From assembly GCA_963774065.1 (NCBI GenBank), contig CAVZDO010000002.1:21799-85798 (forward strand): a stretch of DNA of 64,000 nt. Reading direction: 5' to 3'. Positions 44,387-55,049 of this stretch are shown piece after piece (within the stretch, counting starts at the first letter, position 1; every line of letters starts with the position of its first letter). The notes under the pieces were generated by a model, which searched no databases, had not been told where the DNA came from, and saw only the letters and a list, made by a program, of their open reading frames with translations. This DNA comes from Chitinophagia bacterium (GTDB lineage: Bacteria > Bacteroidota > Bacteroidia > Chitinophagales > Chitinophagaceae). Position numbers and translations under genes: made by a program.

Positions 44387-45469
44387 TTGTTTCAATTAAA
44401 AAACATATCGCTGGTTCAGTTCAAAAATTATTTGCAATCGTCATTTGCATTTACTGAAAGAATCGTTTGCATAAGTGGAAAAAACGGCGTTGGTAAAACC
44501 AATTTACTTGATGCCATTTATTATTTATGTTTCACCAAAAGTTATTTTTCAAAATCCGATCAGCAAAATGCGCAACATGGTTTGCAGGGATTTCGCATCG
44601 AAGGTGAATTTGCATTGAATGATGAATCGCAAAAAGCAATTTGCATTCTGAGAGAAACGGGAAAGAAAGAATTTTCTGTTAATGATAATTATTACGAAAA
44701 ATTTTCTCATCACATCGGAAAATTTCCATGCGTTGTCATTGCGCCGGATGATGTGCAGATAATAACGGATGGCAGCGAAGAACGCCGTCGCTTTTTAGAT
44801 GGTTTAATTTGCCAGCTTGATGCAAAATATTTGCAAAGCCTGATGGAATATAACCGCATTTTGCAACAAAGAAATAGTTTTCTAAAATCAATCGCCGAAA
44901 CAAAGACCTATGACGCGCATTTGTTGCAGGTTTATAACGAACAACTCTGCACTACCGGAAATTATATTTTTGAAAAGCGCTCATCATTATTGCAAAATTT
45001 ATTGCCATTAATAAAAAAACTGTACAACGAAATTGCAGGAAATGATGAACCAATAGAAATTACATACTATAGCCAGTTAGTTCAAAATTCTTTCGCAGAA
45101 TTATTAAAACAATTCCGGGAAAAAGATATGATGCTGCAAAGAACTAATGCAGGTATTCATAAGGACGATATTGAAGTAATGTTAAGCAATCAACTTTTCA
45201 AAAATATTGCGTCACAAGGCCAACGCAAAAGTTTATTGTTTGCATTAAAACTTGCGGAATTTGAAATATTAAATCACCAAAAAGAATTTGCACCGATTTT
45301 ATTGCTCGATGATGTTTTTGAAAAATTAGACGCAGAAAGAATGTACAATTTATTGCATCGCGTTTGCATTCAAAACAGCGGACAGGTTTTTATCACCGAC
45401 ACACATGATGAAAGAATTAATCAACATCTCGCTGAGTTGAATGTTAAATATCAATTGATCAGTTTATAA
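44387..45469 (+). CDS. recF: DNA replication/repair protein RecF
   Basis: Walker A GKNGVGKTNLLDAIY, signature SQGQRKS and Walker B LLLDDV. The start is probably TTG at 44387, giving (M)FQLKNISLVQFKNY. Confidence 0.85.
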   Translation: MFQLKNISLVQFKNYLQSSFAFTERIVCISGKNGVGKTNLLDAIYYLCFTKSYFSKSDQQNAQHGLQGFRIEGEFALNDESQKAICILRETGKKEFSVNDNYYEKFSHHIGKFPCVVIAPDDVQIITDGSEERRRFLDGLICQLDAKYLQSLMEYNRILQQRNSFLKSIAETKTYDAHLLQVYNEQLCTTGNYIFEKRSSLLQNLLPLIKKLYNEIAGNDEPIEITYYSQLVQNSFAELLKQFREKDMMLQRTNAGIHKDDIEVMLSNQLFKNIASQGQRKSLLFALKLAEFEILNHQKEFAPILLLDDVFEKLDAERMYNLLHRVCIQNSGQVFITDTHDERINQHLAELNVKYQLISL

Positions 45470-45526
45470 TAGTTTTGAGTTTGGAGTTGCTTAAATTCTC
45501 AAATACCTTTGCATTTAATAGTTTTT

Positions 45527-45575
45527 CATACTTCATACTTCATACTTCATACTTCATACTTCACACTTCATACCT
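45527..45575. repeat. Tandem CATACTT word tract
   Basis: (catactt)x5 and variants, read directly from the sequence. Confidence 0.8.
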
Positions 45576-45580
45576 CTTCC

Positions 45581-46705
45581 TCACACTCTCAAAAAAACTT
45601 TCTTTTTATACATGAAATAAAGAAAAGCCCATTTTACAAAAACATACAAGCACGCCATTACCACAACGCTCCACGGATCACCAACTAACTGGCCAACCCA
45701 TTTAAAAAAACCATTAGTAGTATAATCCCAATCAATAAAATGACCAGACATATAAATGAGAATTGAATTCATTCCTATAACCCTGAAAAAAAACGCCCAT
45801 TTTTTATATCCGAGTACATCAATGATATAATAAAATATGGAAAGCAATATCAAACTCAATCCACCAACCTGGAGAACAAATGAACTTGTCCAAAGGTTTT
45901 TATTAATCGGAAAATCTAAATTCCAAAGTTGTGCGAGTGCAAGAAAAATTATTCCGCCAACAAATAACCGTATAACTTTCTGTGCTTGCTGCATCGGGTT
46001 ATTTTTCAAAAAAGTTCCGGTGATTATTCCGAGCAATCCTGTACCAATTGCAGGAATTGTTGAAACCAAACCTTCGGGATCATGAATACCTAAATACAGA
46101 TGACCCGGAATTACTGAACGATCTATATACGATGCGAAATTTCCTTGCATGGTTAAATCTCCGCGCGGAAAACCGGGCGCTGATGTAAATTTCAACATCA
46201 GCCAATAACCTATAAGCAATGCGCAAAACCAAATTATTTGCCCGATTTTATTTGTGTACAAAGCAATAATATTTGCAAACATATACGCAAGCCCGATGCG
46301 CCCAAGTACGCTGCCAAAGCGGATTTCAGAAAACGGGCGAAGATGCAATCCATTATTATAAATAATGCCTAATAAAACTAAAATCAATCCTCTTCTTATC
46401 ACACGCAATAATATTTTTTGTTTTGATGCGCCTTTCTCCAATTCTCTTCCTACAGAATATGGTGTGGCAACACCTGCAATAAAAAGAAAAAGCGGGAAGA
46501 TGAGATCGTAAAGATGAAATCCATTCCACGCAGGATGCGTTAATTGATTTGAAAAGCCCTGCCAAAAAGATGAGCCGGTTGTGTCGGCCATTCCGTGAAC
46601 AATTTCTTCAGCGCCCATTATCCAAAACATATCAAAGCCGCGAAGTGCGTCTAGAGAATATAAACGTTGCGATGGTAACGATGGTGCAGTTAAAGTTTGA
46701 GCCAT
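45581..46705 (-). CDS. Polytopic acyltransferase-like membrane protein (DUF5009 / HGSNAT-like)
   Basis: The N-terminus RLYSLDALRGFDMFWI and about 10 TM segments. The family assignment is from memory. Confidence 0.7.
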   Translation of the reverse strand: MAQTLTAPSLPSQRLYSLDALRGFDMFWIMGAEEIVHGMADTTGSSFWQGFSNQLTHPAWNGFHLYDLIFPLFLFIAGVATPYSVGRELEKGASKQKILLRVIRRGLILVLLGIIYNNGLHLRPFSEIRFGSVLGRIGLAYMFANIIALYTNKIGQIIWFCALLIGYWLMLKFTSAPGFPRGDLTMQGNFASYIDRSVIPGHLYLGIHDPEGLVSTIPAIGTGLLGIITGTFLKNNPMQQAQKVIRLFVGGIIFLALAQLWNLDFPINKNLWTSSFVLQVGGLSLILLSIFYYIIDVLGYKKWAFFFRVIGMNSILIYMSGHFIDWDYTTNGFFKWVGQLVGDPWSVVVMACLYVFVKWAFLYFMYKKKVFLRV

Positions 46706-46765
46706 ACGGTTTTGGTTTTAGGTTGTGAAGAAATTAATTCAATATAAACATTTTATTTAGAAATG

Positions 46766-47926
46766 TTATTGAAACACTCTGACATAATCTACAAACATAT
46801 GTTCGGGAAAAACAGTGGTTCCATCCGGAGAGCCAGGCCAGTCGCCACCCACAGCAACATTAAAAATAAAAAATGAAGTGCTGTTGAAAGGCCAGCTGCC
46901 GCTTGTTATATCTTGCGAACTTGCACTAAGATAAGTTTGATCATCAACGAGCAAAGAAATGCTGTCCTGTTTCCAGATTAGACTGAACACATGAAATTGC
47001 TGTGAAAAATCGCCGGCGTTTATAGAATAATTACTTCCGATACTTGTATTAGCTCCGCCACTGTTTGCATAATGCAGCGTTCCAAAAATTTCCTGCGGAT
47101 ATGTGCCAATCAATTCCATAATATCCGTTTCGCCACATGCCGGCCATCCTACCTGCGGAATATTTGTTCCGAGCATCCACAATGCAGGCCAAATTCCTTT
47201 TCCAACGGGAAGCTTCGCGCGTATATCTATTCTTCCATACTCAAATTGTTGTTTGTTTTGCGTTGTCATTCTTGCAGACGTATAACTATTGCCGTTATAA
47301 TTTTCTGCTCTTGCTTCAATCACTAAATTTCCGCAAGACTGAAATGCATTTTGTGTTCTTGCAGTATAATTTTCGAGCTCGTTATTTCCCCAGCCTGTGC
47401 CGCCGGTTTCAAAATTCCAGTTATTGGTATTAATGGAACTGGAATTGAATTCATCACTCCAAACCAAAGTGTAACCGGAATAAGATAACGGTGATGTGTA
47501 ACCGGAGCTGTCTGTTGGTAAATATGTTCCGTCATTTTGTATCGTTGCTATAGCTTCATCGGAAACAAGAGTACAATTGACAGGATTAGAAAAATCTAAA
47601 TAAAACTCCTGGTAAGGCTGGCGCAAGCTGTCTCCTGTTACAGTAATATCAACATATGCCTGCGATTGCCCGGCGTTAATAGTTACAGAACCTGATGCCG
47701 GGATATAATCTTTGTTGGCAACGGCAGTTCCATCTTTTGTTGCATAATGAACAGTTATTTGTTTTGAAGCAGGTGCATTTAAACTGAGATTAAAACGAAA
47801 AACACTATTAGTATCCACTCTGCTTTGTAACACATTATTTAGCGAGACTGAAGGCAGGCTACTTCCGCTTTTTTTAGAACATGAAAAAAATATGAGCAGG
47901 CATATCGCAATAAACCAATGTTTCAT
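46766..47926 (-). CDS. Glycoside hydrolase family 16 with N-terminal Calx-beta-like domain, lipoprotein
   Basis: The catalytic motif is GETDIMELIG (ExDxxE). The segment VHYATKDGTAVANKDYIPASGSVT is Calx-beta-like. Confidence 0.85.
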   Translation of the reverse strand: MKHWFIAICLLIFFSCSKKSGSSLPSVSLNNVLQSRVDTNSVFRFNLSLNAPASKQITVHYATKDGTAVANKDYIPASGSVTINAGQSQAYVDITVTGDSLRQPYQEFYLDFSNPVNCTLVSDEAIATIQNDGTYLPTDSSGYTSPLSYSGYTLVWSDEFNSSSINTNNWNFETGGTGWGNNELENYTARTQNAFQSCGNLVIEARAENYNGNSYTSARMTTQNKQQFEYGRIDIRAKLPVGKGIWPALWMLGTNIPQVGWPACGETDIMELIGTYPQEIFGTLHYANSGGANTSIGSNYSINAGDFSQQFHVFSLIWKQDSISLLVDDQTYLSASSQDITSGSWPFNSTSFFIFNVAVGGDWPGSPDGTTVFPEHMFVDYVRVFQ

Positions 47927-47990
47927 TTTTTAAAATTAGAAAAATGTAATGGTAAATAATAATTAATAAGACGATTAAAAATTGAAAAAT

Positions 47991-48476
47991 TTATTTCAAT
48001 TCATCACTTGTAAATGCGAGTGGCAATAAAATAGCAGCATTAGGTAAGATATAAATTTCTCCTTCCATCCCGCCAAGAATGAGTCGTACCGGGTGTTTCA
48101 TTCGTTGCTCATATTCCTGCAATGACTGTCTGCAAATTCCGCATGGTGAAACCGGGTGATTGCTTTTTCCGTTTTCATTTTTATAGCTGATTGCAATAGT
48201 TTGTATGTGCGCATCGGAATGTAAAGAAGAAACAGAAGATAATAAAACGCGCTCTGCGCAAATGCCGGCGGGGAACGATGCATTTTCCTGGTTAGCGCCG
48301 CTTACTATTTTTCCATCAGATAATTTTGCAACTGCGCCAACGCGAAATTTTGAATATGGAGCATAAGAATATTCCGTTGCTTTTTGCGCTTTGCGTAATA
48401 ACATCGAATCCTCAAGATTGAGTTCATCAATTGAATTATAAATATCGAAAGAAAATTCGAACTGTTTTTTTTTCAT
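47991..48476 (-). CDS. cdd: Cytidine deaminase
   Basis: Zinc-binding motifs CAERV and PCGICRQ. Confidence 0.9.
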   Translation of the reverse strand: MKKKQFEFSFDIYNSIDELNLEDSMLLRKAQKATEYSYAPYSKFRVGAVAKLSDGKIVSGANQENASFPAGICAERVLLSSVSSLHSDAHIQTIAISYKNENGKSNHPVSPCGICRQSLQEYEQRMKHPVRLILGGMEGEIYILPNAAILLPLAFTSDELK

Positions 48477-48529
48477 GCCTAAGAATTGACAGATGGCAGT
48501 TAATGGATCGCAGACTCACTACTTACTAC

Positions 48530-50125
48530 TTATCTTATTCTATTGAACAAACGACTCCAGCGAATTCCGTGATCAACACTCATCCATATCAGTGAAGCGC
48601 TTCCCACAACATGATCTTCAGGAACAAATCCCCAGTAACGCGAGTCTTGTGAATCCTGGCGGTTATCGCCCATCATCCAGTAATAATCCATTTTAAAAGT
48701 GTACTGGTTTGTTTCTTTATCATTAATATAAAAATTGCCATTTTTAAATTCCAGTTTATTTTTTTCAAAGGTGCGTATAGCCCGTTCGTACATCGTATAA
48801 TTTTCCGGGGTGAGTGTTATTGTTGCGCCTTTTTTGGGAATCCAAACCGGTCCAAAATTATCGCGCGACCAATGATGAAGATTATCATAGGGCATAACTC
48901 CGCCGCCGCCGCCGTTATAACTATAATCCAACCGGATATTTTTTATAATTCCGGCCTTTATCATTTTTTCTTTGCCTGCAACTGTAAGCAGCATGGTAAA
49001 TTCATTTTGCCTGTTTGTTGCAGCGTAATCTCCTTTATCAATATCAAGATTGTATTGCTCTTTCATTACATCCGCATCTAATTGTTGTCCGTTGGTTGTT
49101 ACAACATAATGCAGTTCTGAGTTTGGTGGCTCGGTTTGCCGTTCTCCATTAATATAAACTACTTCATCTTTTATTTGTATCGAATCGCCGGACACACCAA
49201 CACATCGTTTGATATAATTTTCTTTTTTATCAACCGGTCTTATTACAATCGGATAATCATCGGGATCGCTTAATACAATTTTTCTTCCGGAATCAATATT
49301 TCCGGCTCCTGCATCGAGTCCTCCATTTCCAACTTCGTAACGGCATACCCAATAATAAGTTCTTTCGGATTGATAGCCGTCGCGATTTATAACTGTATCT
49401 CCATCCGGAAAATTAAAAACAACTACATCATTTCTTTTTACGGGTGATGGAAACCATCTTGTGTACGGAATTTTAATCCATTCTACATACGAGTCGGCGT
49501 TAGTAAATGGAATGGAATGATGAACGAAAGGCAAAGCTAATGGTGTGTTTGGAAGACGCGGACCATAACTGAATTTACTTACAAAAAGAAAATCATTAAC
49601 CAGTAAAGTTTTTTCCATTGAAGGAGTTGGAATAACATAGGCTTCAAAAACAAAAGTGCGGATAAGCACTGCCGCCACTACTGCAAAAACACCTGCATCA
49701 ATCCATTCGCGGGCGGTTGTTTTTTTATGTTTTCTTACAACTTCGGGGCCTAAGAATTTATCATCTTTATTATATCCGACATAAGGAAAATAAAACACGG
49801 GAAAAAGAGCGGAAAGTGCATGCTCATACAAGCGGAACTTACCAAAGGTTTTTACAAACTCAACAAAAATTCCCATAGAAATAAACCAGCCAGCAACAGG
49901 TATGAGTTGCCAAAAAACCCAATGCACCGGACGCTGCCCCAGCTTTTGCATTATCCAAGTATTATAAAACGGAACAAATGCTTTCCATGCGGGAACTCCG
50001 GCTTTTTCAAACATTTTTGCCAAACCAACAGCAGGTAATAATAGTATGATTATCTGGATGAGAATAAGAATAAAAACCTGGTGAGCAGTCATGAATGCAA
50101 TTTTAAAATTGGGCAAAAATACCAT
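48530..50125 (-). CDS. lepB: Signal peptidase I with N-terminal DUF5684-like membrane domain
   Basis: S26 motifs PTPSMEKTL and GDNRQDSQDSRYWGFV. The N-terminus carries KAGVPAWKAFVPFYN. An alternative start lies at 50092. Confidence 0.85.
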   Translation of the reverse strand: MVFLPNFKIAFMTAHQVFILILIQIIILLLPAVGLAKMFEKAGVPAWKAFVPFYNTWIMQKLGQRPVHWVFWQLIPVAGWFISMGIFVEFVKTFGKFRLYEHALSALFPVFYFPYVGYNKDDKFLGPEVVRKHKKTTAREWIDAGVFAVVAAVLIRTFVFEAYVIPTPSMEKTLLVNDFLFVSKFSYGPRLPNTPLALPFVHHSIPFTNADSYVEWIKIPYTRWFPSPVKRNDVVVFNFPDGDTVINRDGYQSERTYYWVCRYEVGNGGLDAGAGNIDSGRKIVLSDPDDYPIVIRPVDKKENYIKRCVGVSGDSIQIKDEVVYINGERQTEPPNSELHYVVTTNGQQLDADVMKEQYNLDIDKGDYAATNRQNEFTMLLTVAGKEKMIKAGIIKNIRLDYSYNGGGGGVMPYDNLHHWSRDNFGPVWIPKKGATITLTPENYTMYERAIRTFEKNKLEFKNGNFYINDKETNQYTFKMDYYWMMGDNRQDSQDSRYWGFVPEDHVVGSASLIWMSVDHGIRWSRLFNRIR

Positions 50126-50240
50126 GATAATTGATAATTGGCAATTGATAATTGATAATTCTATGTGAAGACTGATTTAGTTTATAGTTTTTAGTTTATA
50201 GTTTTTAGTTTGGAGGTTGATAGCCGAAAGTGAAACTGAA

Positions 50241-50316
50241 GTTGAATAGTGAGCTTACAGTACAAGAGTGCGACGCAAGAATGATGAAGACAGAACAAAT
50301 GTCGGTTACAAAAAAA
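50241..50316 (-). repeat. 19-nt-core intergenic repeat, copy 7
   Basis: Core at 50260-50278 (reverse orientation). Confidence 0.9.
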
Positions 50317-50343
50317 GCTATCAGCTATTAGCTAATGGCTAAT

Positions 50344-51507
50344 TTATTTTTGCGGCAGTACATAACTTTCTACATCGGAAACTTTGATAACTTTTCCGGA
50401 AAGAATTACAAGTCGTTCAACAACATTTCGCAGTTCGCGGATATTACCCGTCCAGTTATATTGCTGCAAAGTTTTCACTGCATCATCATCAATGGATTTT
50501 TTTGCGATGCCATAATCGGTGCAGATGTCAGATAAAAACCTGTCAACAAGCAAAGGAATATCATCTTTTCTTTCATTAAGAGATGGAACATGAATTATAA
50601 TAACACTTAGCCGATGATACAAATCAAGCCTGAATTTTTTTTCTTCCACTTCTTTGAGCAAATCTTTATTGGTGGCAGTGATCACGCGTGTGTCAACACT
50701 AATATCTTTATCTCCGCCAACGCGCGTAATTTTTCCTTCCTGCAGCGCGCGCAAAACTTTTGCCTGTGCATTCAAACTCATATCTCCTATCTCATCTAAA
50801 AAAAGCGTGCCGCCGCTCGCCTGCTCAAATTTTCCGATTCGCTGTTTTAGTGCAGATGTGAATGACCCTTTTTCATGACCAAATAATTCGCTTTCTATTA
50901 ACTCGCCGGGAATTGCCGCGCAATTCACTTCCACCAAAACACCACCCGCACGATTGCTTTTTTCGTGAATCCAGCGCGCCACCAATTCTTTTCCAACTCC
51001 GTTTTCGCCGGTGATCAAAACACGCGCATCTGTTGGCGCAACCTTATCTATCGTTTCTTTTATTTTATGAATTGGAGCCGAAGCGCCAACCATTTCCTGC
51101 ACTTTACTAACTCTGCGTTTGAGCACTTTTGTTTCTGCAACCAAACTTGTTTTGTCCATCGCATTGCGAATGGTAATCAGCAAACGATTTAAGTCGGGCG
51201 GTTTGGAAATATAATCGTACGCGCCTTTTTTCACTGCTTCAACAGCAGTTTCAATTGTGCCGTGGCCGGAAATCATAATGATCGGCACATCAGGATTTGA
51301 TTCTTTTGCTTTTTCTAAAAATTCGATGCCATCAATTTTAGGCATTTTAATATCGCAAAGAATAACATCATATTCAACTTCGCGAAACTTTTTTAAACCT
51401 TCTTCGCCATCGCCGGCTTCATCAATTTTATATCCTTCGTAAGAAAGAATTTCACTTAATGTTTTGCGAATGGCTTTTTCGTCGTCTATAATTAAAATGG
51501 TGGACAT
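50344..51507 (-). CDS. Sigma-54-dependent response regulator (REC + AAA+), no C-terminal HTH
   Basis: REC domain ILIIDDE...D, Walker A GENGVGKE, GAFTGA-like loop GSFTSA. The protein ends 29 aa after GNIRELRNVVERL. Confidence 0.85.
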   Translation of the reverse strand: MSTILIIDDEKAIRKTLSEILSYEGYKIDEAGDGEEGLKKFREVEYDVILCDIKMPKIDGIEFLEKAKESNPDVPIIMISGHGTIETAVEAVKKGAYDYISKPPDLNRLLITIRNAMDKTSLVAETKVLKRRVSKVQEMVGASAPIHKIKETIDKVAPTDARVLITGENGVGKELVARWIHEKSNRAGGVLVEVNCAAIPGELIESELFGHEKGSFTSALKQRIGKFEQASGGTLFLDEIGDMSLNAQAKVLRALQEGKITRVGGDKDISVDTRVITATNKDLLKEVEEKKFRLDLYHRLSVIIIHVPSLNERKDDIPLLVDRFLSDICTDYGIAKKSIDDDAVKTLQQYNWTGNIRELRNVVERLVILSGKVIKVSDVESYVLPQK

Positions 51508-51553
51508 TATATTTTTTTGGCTGCTCACGAAAGTAAGAAATTATGGGAAAGAA

Positions 51554-51627
51554 ATATGACCCAAACATTTTTACTACTATTAAGCATCCTTGCGTCGCAC
51601 TCTTGTACAATTTGTTCTTTATTCAGC
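51554..51627 (+). repeat. 19-nt-core intergenic repeat, copy 8
   Basis: Core at 51590-51608. Confidence 0.9.
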
Positions 51628-51755
51628 AACCGCAGAACAGTGTTTCCATGCATCATGAAATACGATGCAAACTGGTAATTGTTCTTAGTAGTTTTTCCTT
51701 GCTTTAAAAAATACTGTAGAGTAATTTAGCATATCCAATATTTAAAAATAAAACC

Positions 51756-51893
51756 ATGAAAGACAATCTCTCCGCGCCAGAATCTTCACATTCAAAAGTT
51801 TTTTTAAAAATCACATTGTTAGGATTTTTTTTATTAAGTTTTGCAGGCATGTTTTTGATGATAGTGAATAATGTATTAAAAGCATTGCACTAA
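51756..51893 (+). CDS. Possible 45-aa membrane peptide
   Basis: ATG start with one hydrophobic helix (ITLLGFFLLSFAGMFLMIV). It falls below the ORF-track length cut-off. Confidence 0.3.
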   Translation: MKDNLSAPESSHSKVFLKITLLGFFLLSFAGMFLMIVNNVLKALH

Positions 51894-51895
51894 TT

Positions 51896-53227
51896 TTATT
51901 TTAGCACATCCAGCTGCACTATTGTATCTGTTTCATCCATTTGAATATTTTTCAAATCAATCATTACATATCCATCTGCAAGCAACTGAAATTTTACAGG
52001 CTTTTCCACAGCAAATAATTTAGCAGATCTTATTTTATAAGGTACTTTCAAAAAAAGTTTATCGCCACCTGCATTAAAAATATGCAAGTAAACCTTGTTG
52101 CCTTTTTCCGTTACCGCTCCCCAATTTTGCGGTCTGATAAAACCCGCGCTCGTTCCATAAATAGTTTCTCCGTTAATTTTTAACCATTCACCCATAGCTT
52201 TCAAACGTTCTGTGAACTCCGGTTGTACTTCACCGTTAGGCATCGGCCCGATATTCAATAAAAGGTTCGCACCTAAGCCAGCATCTTTTACCAATAACTG
52301 AATTAATTCTTTTACAGATTTATAATTTCTGTCGGTGATATTAAAACCCCATGAACCGTTCATGGTTTCACAGGTTTCCAGCGGCATTTTATTTGAAACT
52401 TCCTGAAAACTTAAACCCGATTTATTTTCTCCCGGCAAATCTCTTTCAAACATTTGAAAATCTTCTCCGGCAAATGGCGTAAGATGATGGTTGTTGCCAA
52501 TAAGACATTGCGGTTGCAGTTTATGAATGAGAGTATAAATTTCATCAAGCTTCCAGTTAATGCGTGAGCTGCGGTCGACAGCTCCTTCAGGCGCTGTTTG
52601 ATCCCAATAACCATCAAACCAAACTCCCGCAATTTCTCCATAATTCGTGAGCAGTTCCGTTAACTGATTTTTCATGAACTGCAAATAGTGTTCGTAATCT
52701 CCATGACCTTGTCTGCCCGAATGCTGACCGGTTCGCCCGGTTTCATGAGGATAATCTTCGCGAAACCAATCTAACAGTGAGTAGTATATAAAAAGTTTAA
52801 TGCCCTGTTTGTGACATTCATCTGCAATTAATTTTACTGCGTCTTTTCCCCAATGCGTGTTTGTAATTTTCCAGTCCGACTGTTTTGTATCCCAATCGCT
52901 AAAACCATCATGATGACGTGTTATTAAAGTGATGTATTGCATACCTGCGCCTTTTGCGGTGCTCACCCATTTTTGCGCATCAAAATCTACCGGATTAAAA
53001 AATTTAAGCAATCTTTTATAGTCATCCACTTTGATGCTGCGATCGTTCATCACCCACTCGCCTGCGCCCAGAACGCTAAAAGCGCCCCAGTGAATAAACA
53101 TGCCGAAGCGCGCGCTGTCGAACCATTTACGTGCCTGTAAATTTTCCGGCGATGGAGAATAATTACTTTGAGGAAAAACAAAAAATGAATTTGCTAAAAT
53201 AAAAATTGCAAGCAATATTTTTTTCAT
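51896..53227 (-). CDS. Alpha-L-fucosidase (GH29)
   Basis: FGMFIHWGAFSV, ITRHHDGF and a signal peptide. Confidence 0.9.
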   Translation of the reverse strand: MKKILLAIFILANSFFVFPQSNYSPSPENLQARKWFDSARFGMFIHWGAFSVLGAGEWVMNDRSIKVDDYKRLLKFFNPVDFDAQKWVSTAKGAGMQYITLITRHHDGFSDWDTKQSDWKITNTHWGKDAVKLIADECHKQGIKLFIYYSLLDWFREDYPHETGRTGQHSGRQGHGDYEHYLQFMKNQLTELLTNYGEIAGVWFDGYWDQTAPEGAVDRSSRINWKLDEIYTLIHKLQPQCLIGNNHHLTPFAGEDFQMFERDLPGENKSGLSFQEVSNKMPLETCETMNGSWGFNITDRNYKSVKELIQLLVKDAGLGANLLLNIGPMPNGEVQPEFTERLKAMGEWLKINGETIYGTSAGFIRPQNWGAVTEKGNKVYLHIFNAGGDKLFLKVPYKIRSAKLFAVEKPVKFQLLADGYVMIDLKNIQMDETDTIVQLDVLK

Positions 53228-53317
53228 AATTTAATTTTTGAAAGAAGATTAAATTTAGAAGATTATTCTCATCCAGGAATTAAAATGTAACATTCTTCAA
53301 ATCATTATCTTTGAATC

Positions 53318-53599
53318 ATGGGAGAATATTCATTGGCAGAAGCAGTAAAACAATTTTTGAACCAGAGTAAACTCAAAGGTTCGATGCAGGCTTTCCAGGT
53401 TGAAGATGCCTGGGAAAAAATAATGGGAAAAACAATTGCGCGATATACAGAAAAAATCGAGATCCGCGGAAACACGCTCTACATAAGCACTTCAGTTGCT
53501 CCGCTCAAAGAGGAATTATTATATCAAAAAGAAAAAATTATTGAACGCGTGAATGAAGCATTGGGAGAAAAAGTGGTGAAGGAAGTGGTGATAAAATAA
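53318..53599 (+). CDS. DUF721 (DciA-like) protein
   Basis: 93 aa with the pattern W..I.G..IA..T....I....L.I......L..EL. Confidence 0.75.
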   Translation: MGEYSLAEAVKQFLNQSKLKGSMQAFQVEDAWEKIMGKTIARYTEKIEIRGNTLYISTSVAPLKEELLYQKEKIIERVNEALGEKVVKEVVIK

Positions 53600-53762
53600 T
53601 TGAGAATTGATAATTGAGAATTGATAATTGAGAATTGATAATGGATAATTGAGAATTGATAATTAGAAAGTCTTTAATTTCTGTTTTCTTTTCTAACTTC
53701 TCACTTCAGTCTTCTAACTTCTGTCTTCCGACTTCTGACCTCCAACTTCGGACATCCGACTT
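53600..53762. repeat. Intergenic word tracts (TTGAGAATTGATAA words, then TTCTAACTTCTG words)
   Basis: Read directly from the sequence. Confidence 0.8.
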
Positions 53763-53764
53763 CC

Positions 53765-54895
53765 TCACTGCACCGGCAAAGCATTAATTTCTTCCAGGGA
53801 GTTTTCAAAATCGCCGGAACCCCATTTGTTTAAAATACTTGCATCCTTCAACAAATACATTGTTGGGTTTACTCTTGCAGCAGTTTTAATTGCAGTTGCA
53901 TCGCACTTGAAAAAAGATATTTTATTCTGAAGATTATTCTTTTCCAGGTAATTTTTTGCATCTACGTCATTAGCTGTAATGATAAATACAGGAATATTTT
54001 TTGTTTGCGCCAGCGAAAGAACAACGCTGAATTCTTTATTCCATGATGGATCTGATTCAGGAATTTCTTTTGCAAAAAGAAAAATTTTATATCCCTTTAA
54101 TTCCAAAATTGCTAAGGTTGTATCGTTTCCGGATTCTGTAAATAAATTAAAATCTTTTATTTCTGATTCGGCATTTCCTTTTCTTATTAATTTATCATAT
54201 CGCTTTATGAATTTGTATGAATCATTAAAATCCGTCGGAAATTTATCTGCAGTAAATTCAATTTGCTTGCCATCTTTTTCGTAAATAAAAGAAATTACAG
54301 AACTGTCCGGAACTGCGCCCGGCGGCGGTTTCATCTTATCAATAATATTATTTCCGATTTTATACGGAAGACAATCTATTACCGGCAACTGGTGTAAAAC
54401 ATACCACTGAATTGAAAAAGAAAAAACAGTTACGAGCAGAAGCACTGTGATATTAATAAGCGGCGAAAGAAAAGTTTTTATTTTATTTTGGTTAATGAAT
54501 AAAAAAAGAATCAGCACAAGCAACACCAAATCTTTTGCAAATGACTCTCCTGCGGTTAACGGAATGCAATTACCAAAACATCCGCATTCATGTATCTTGC
54601 CCGATAAAAAAGCATAGCCGGTAAGAAAACTAAAAAAAATTATCAACAATAATAATAACCAACTGAAAAGTTTCATGCGCCAGCCGAGTAAAATGGCAAC
54701 GCCGGCCACAATTTCAAAAACGATCATAACGATCGAAAAAAATAAAGTGTAATTATCAAGCAAATGAAAATGCCAGACATCAAAAAACTCTTCCATTTTA
54801 TAACTTAGTCCGAGCGGATCGTTTGCTTTTATCAATCCTGAAAAAATAAAAAGAATCCCAACTATAATTCTGCTGATGTTTATTAAATATTTCAT
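53765..54895 (-). CDS. DoxX/MauE-like membrane domain fused to thioredoxin-like C-domain
   Basis: The N-terminus RIIVGILFIFSGLIKANDP, the HECGCFG motif and a C-terminal soluble domain. Confidence 0.7.
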   Translation of the reverse strand: MKYLINISRIIVGILFIFSGLIKANDPLGLSYKMEEFFDVWHFHLLDNYTLFFSIVMIVFEIVAGVAILLGWRMKLFSWLLLLLIIFFSFLTGYAFLSGKIHECGCFGNCIPLTAGESFAKDLVLLVLILFLFINQNKIKTFLSPLINITVLLLVTVFSFSIQWYVLHQLPVIDCLPYKIGNNIIDKMKPPPGAVPDSSVISFIYEKDGKQIEFTADKFPTDFNDSYKFIKRYDKLIRKGNAESEIKDFNLFTESGNDTTLAILELKGYKIFLFAKEIPESDPSWNKEFSVVLSLAQTKNIPVFIITANDVDAKNYLEKNNLQNKISFFKCDATAIKTAARVNPTMYLLKDASILNKWGSGDFENSLEEINALPVQ

Positions 54896-55049
54896 GAAAT
54901 AATTTTCAGTTTTAAGTTTTGAGTTTTCAGTTTACGGTTTTCAGTTTACAGTTATGAGAAAGTAAGTTTGTCTACAAAATTTAATCTGTTGTAATTAATG
55001 ATACATTTGGAAGCAAAGAACTTGTAAACTACAAACTATAAACTCAAAA
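54896..55049. repeat. Intergenic word hairpin (GTTTTCAGTTT words / AAACTACAAAC words)
   Basis: Read directly from the sequence. Confidence 0.8.
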
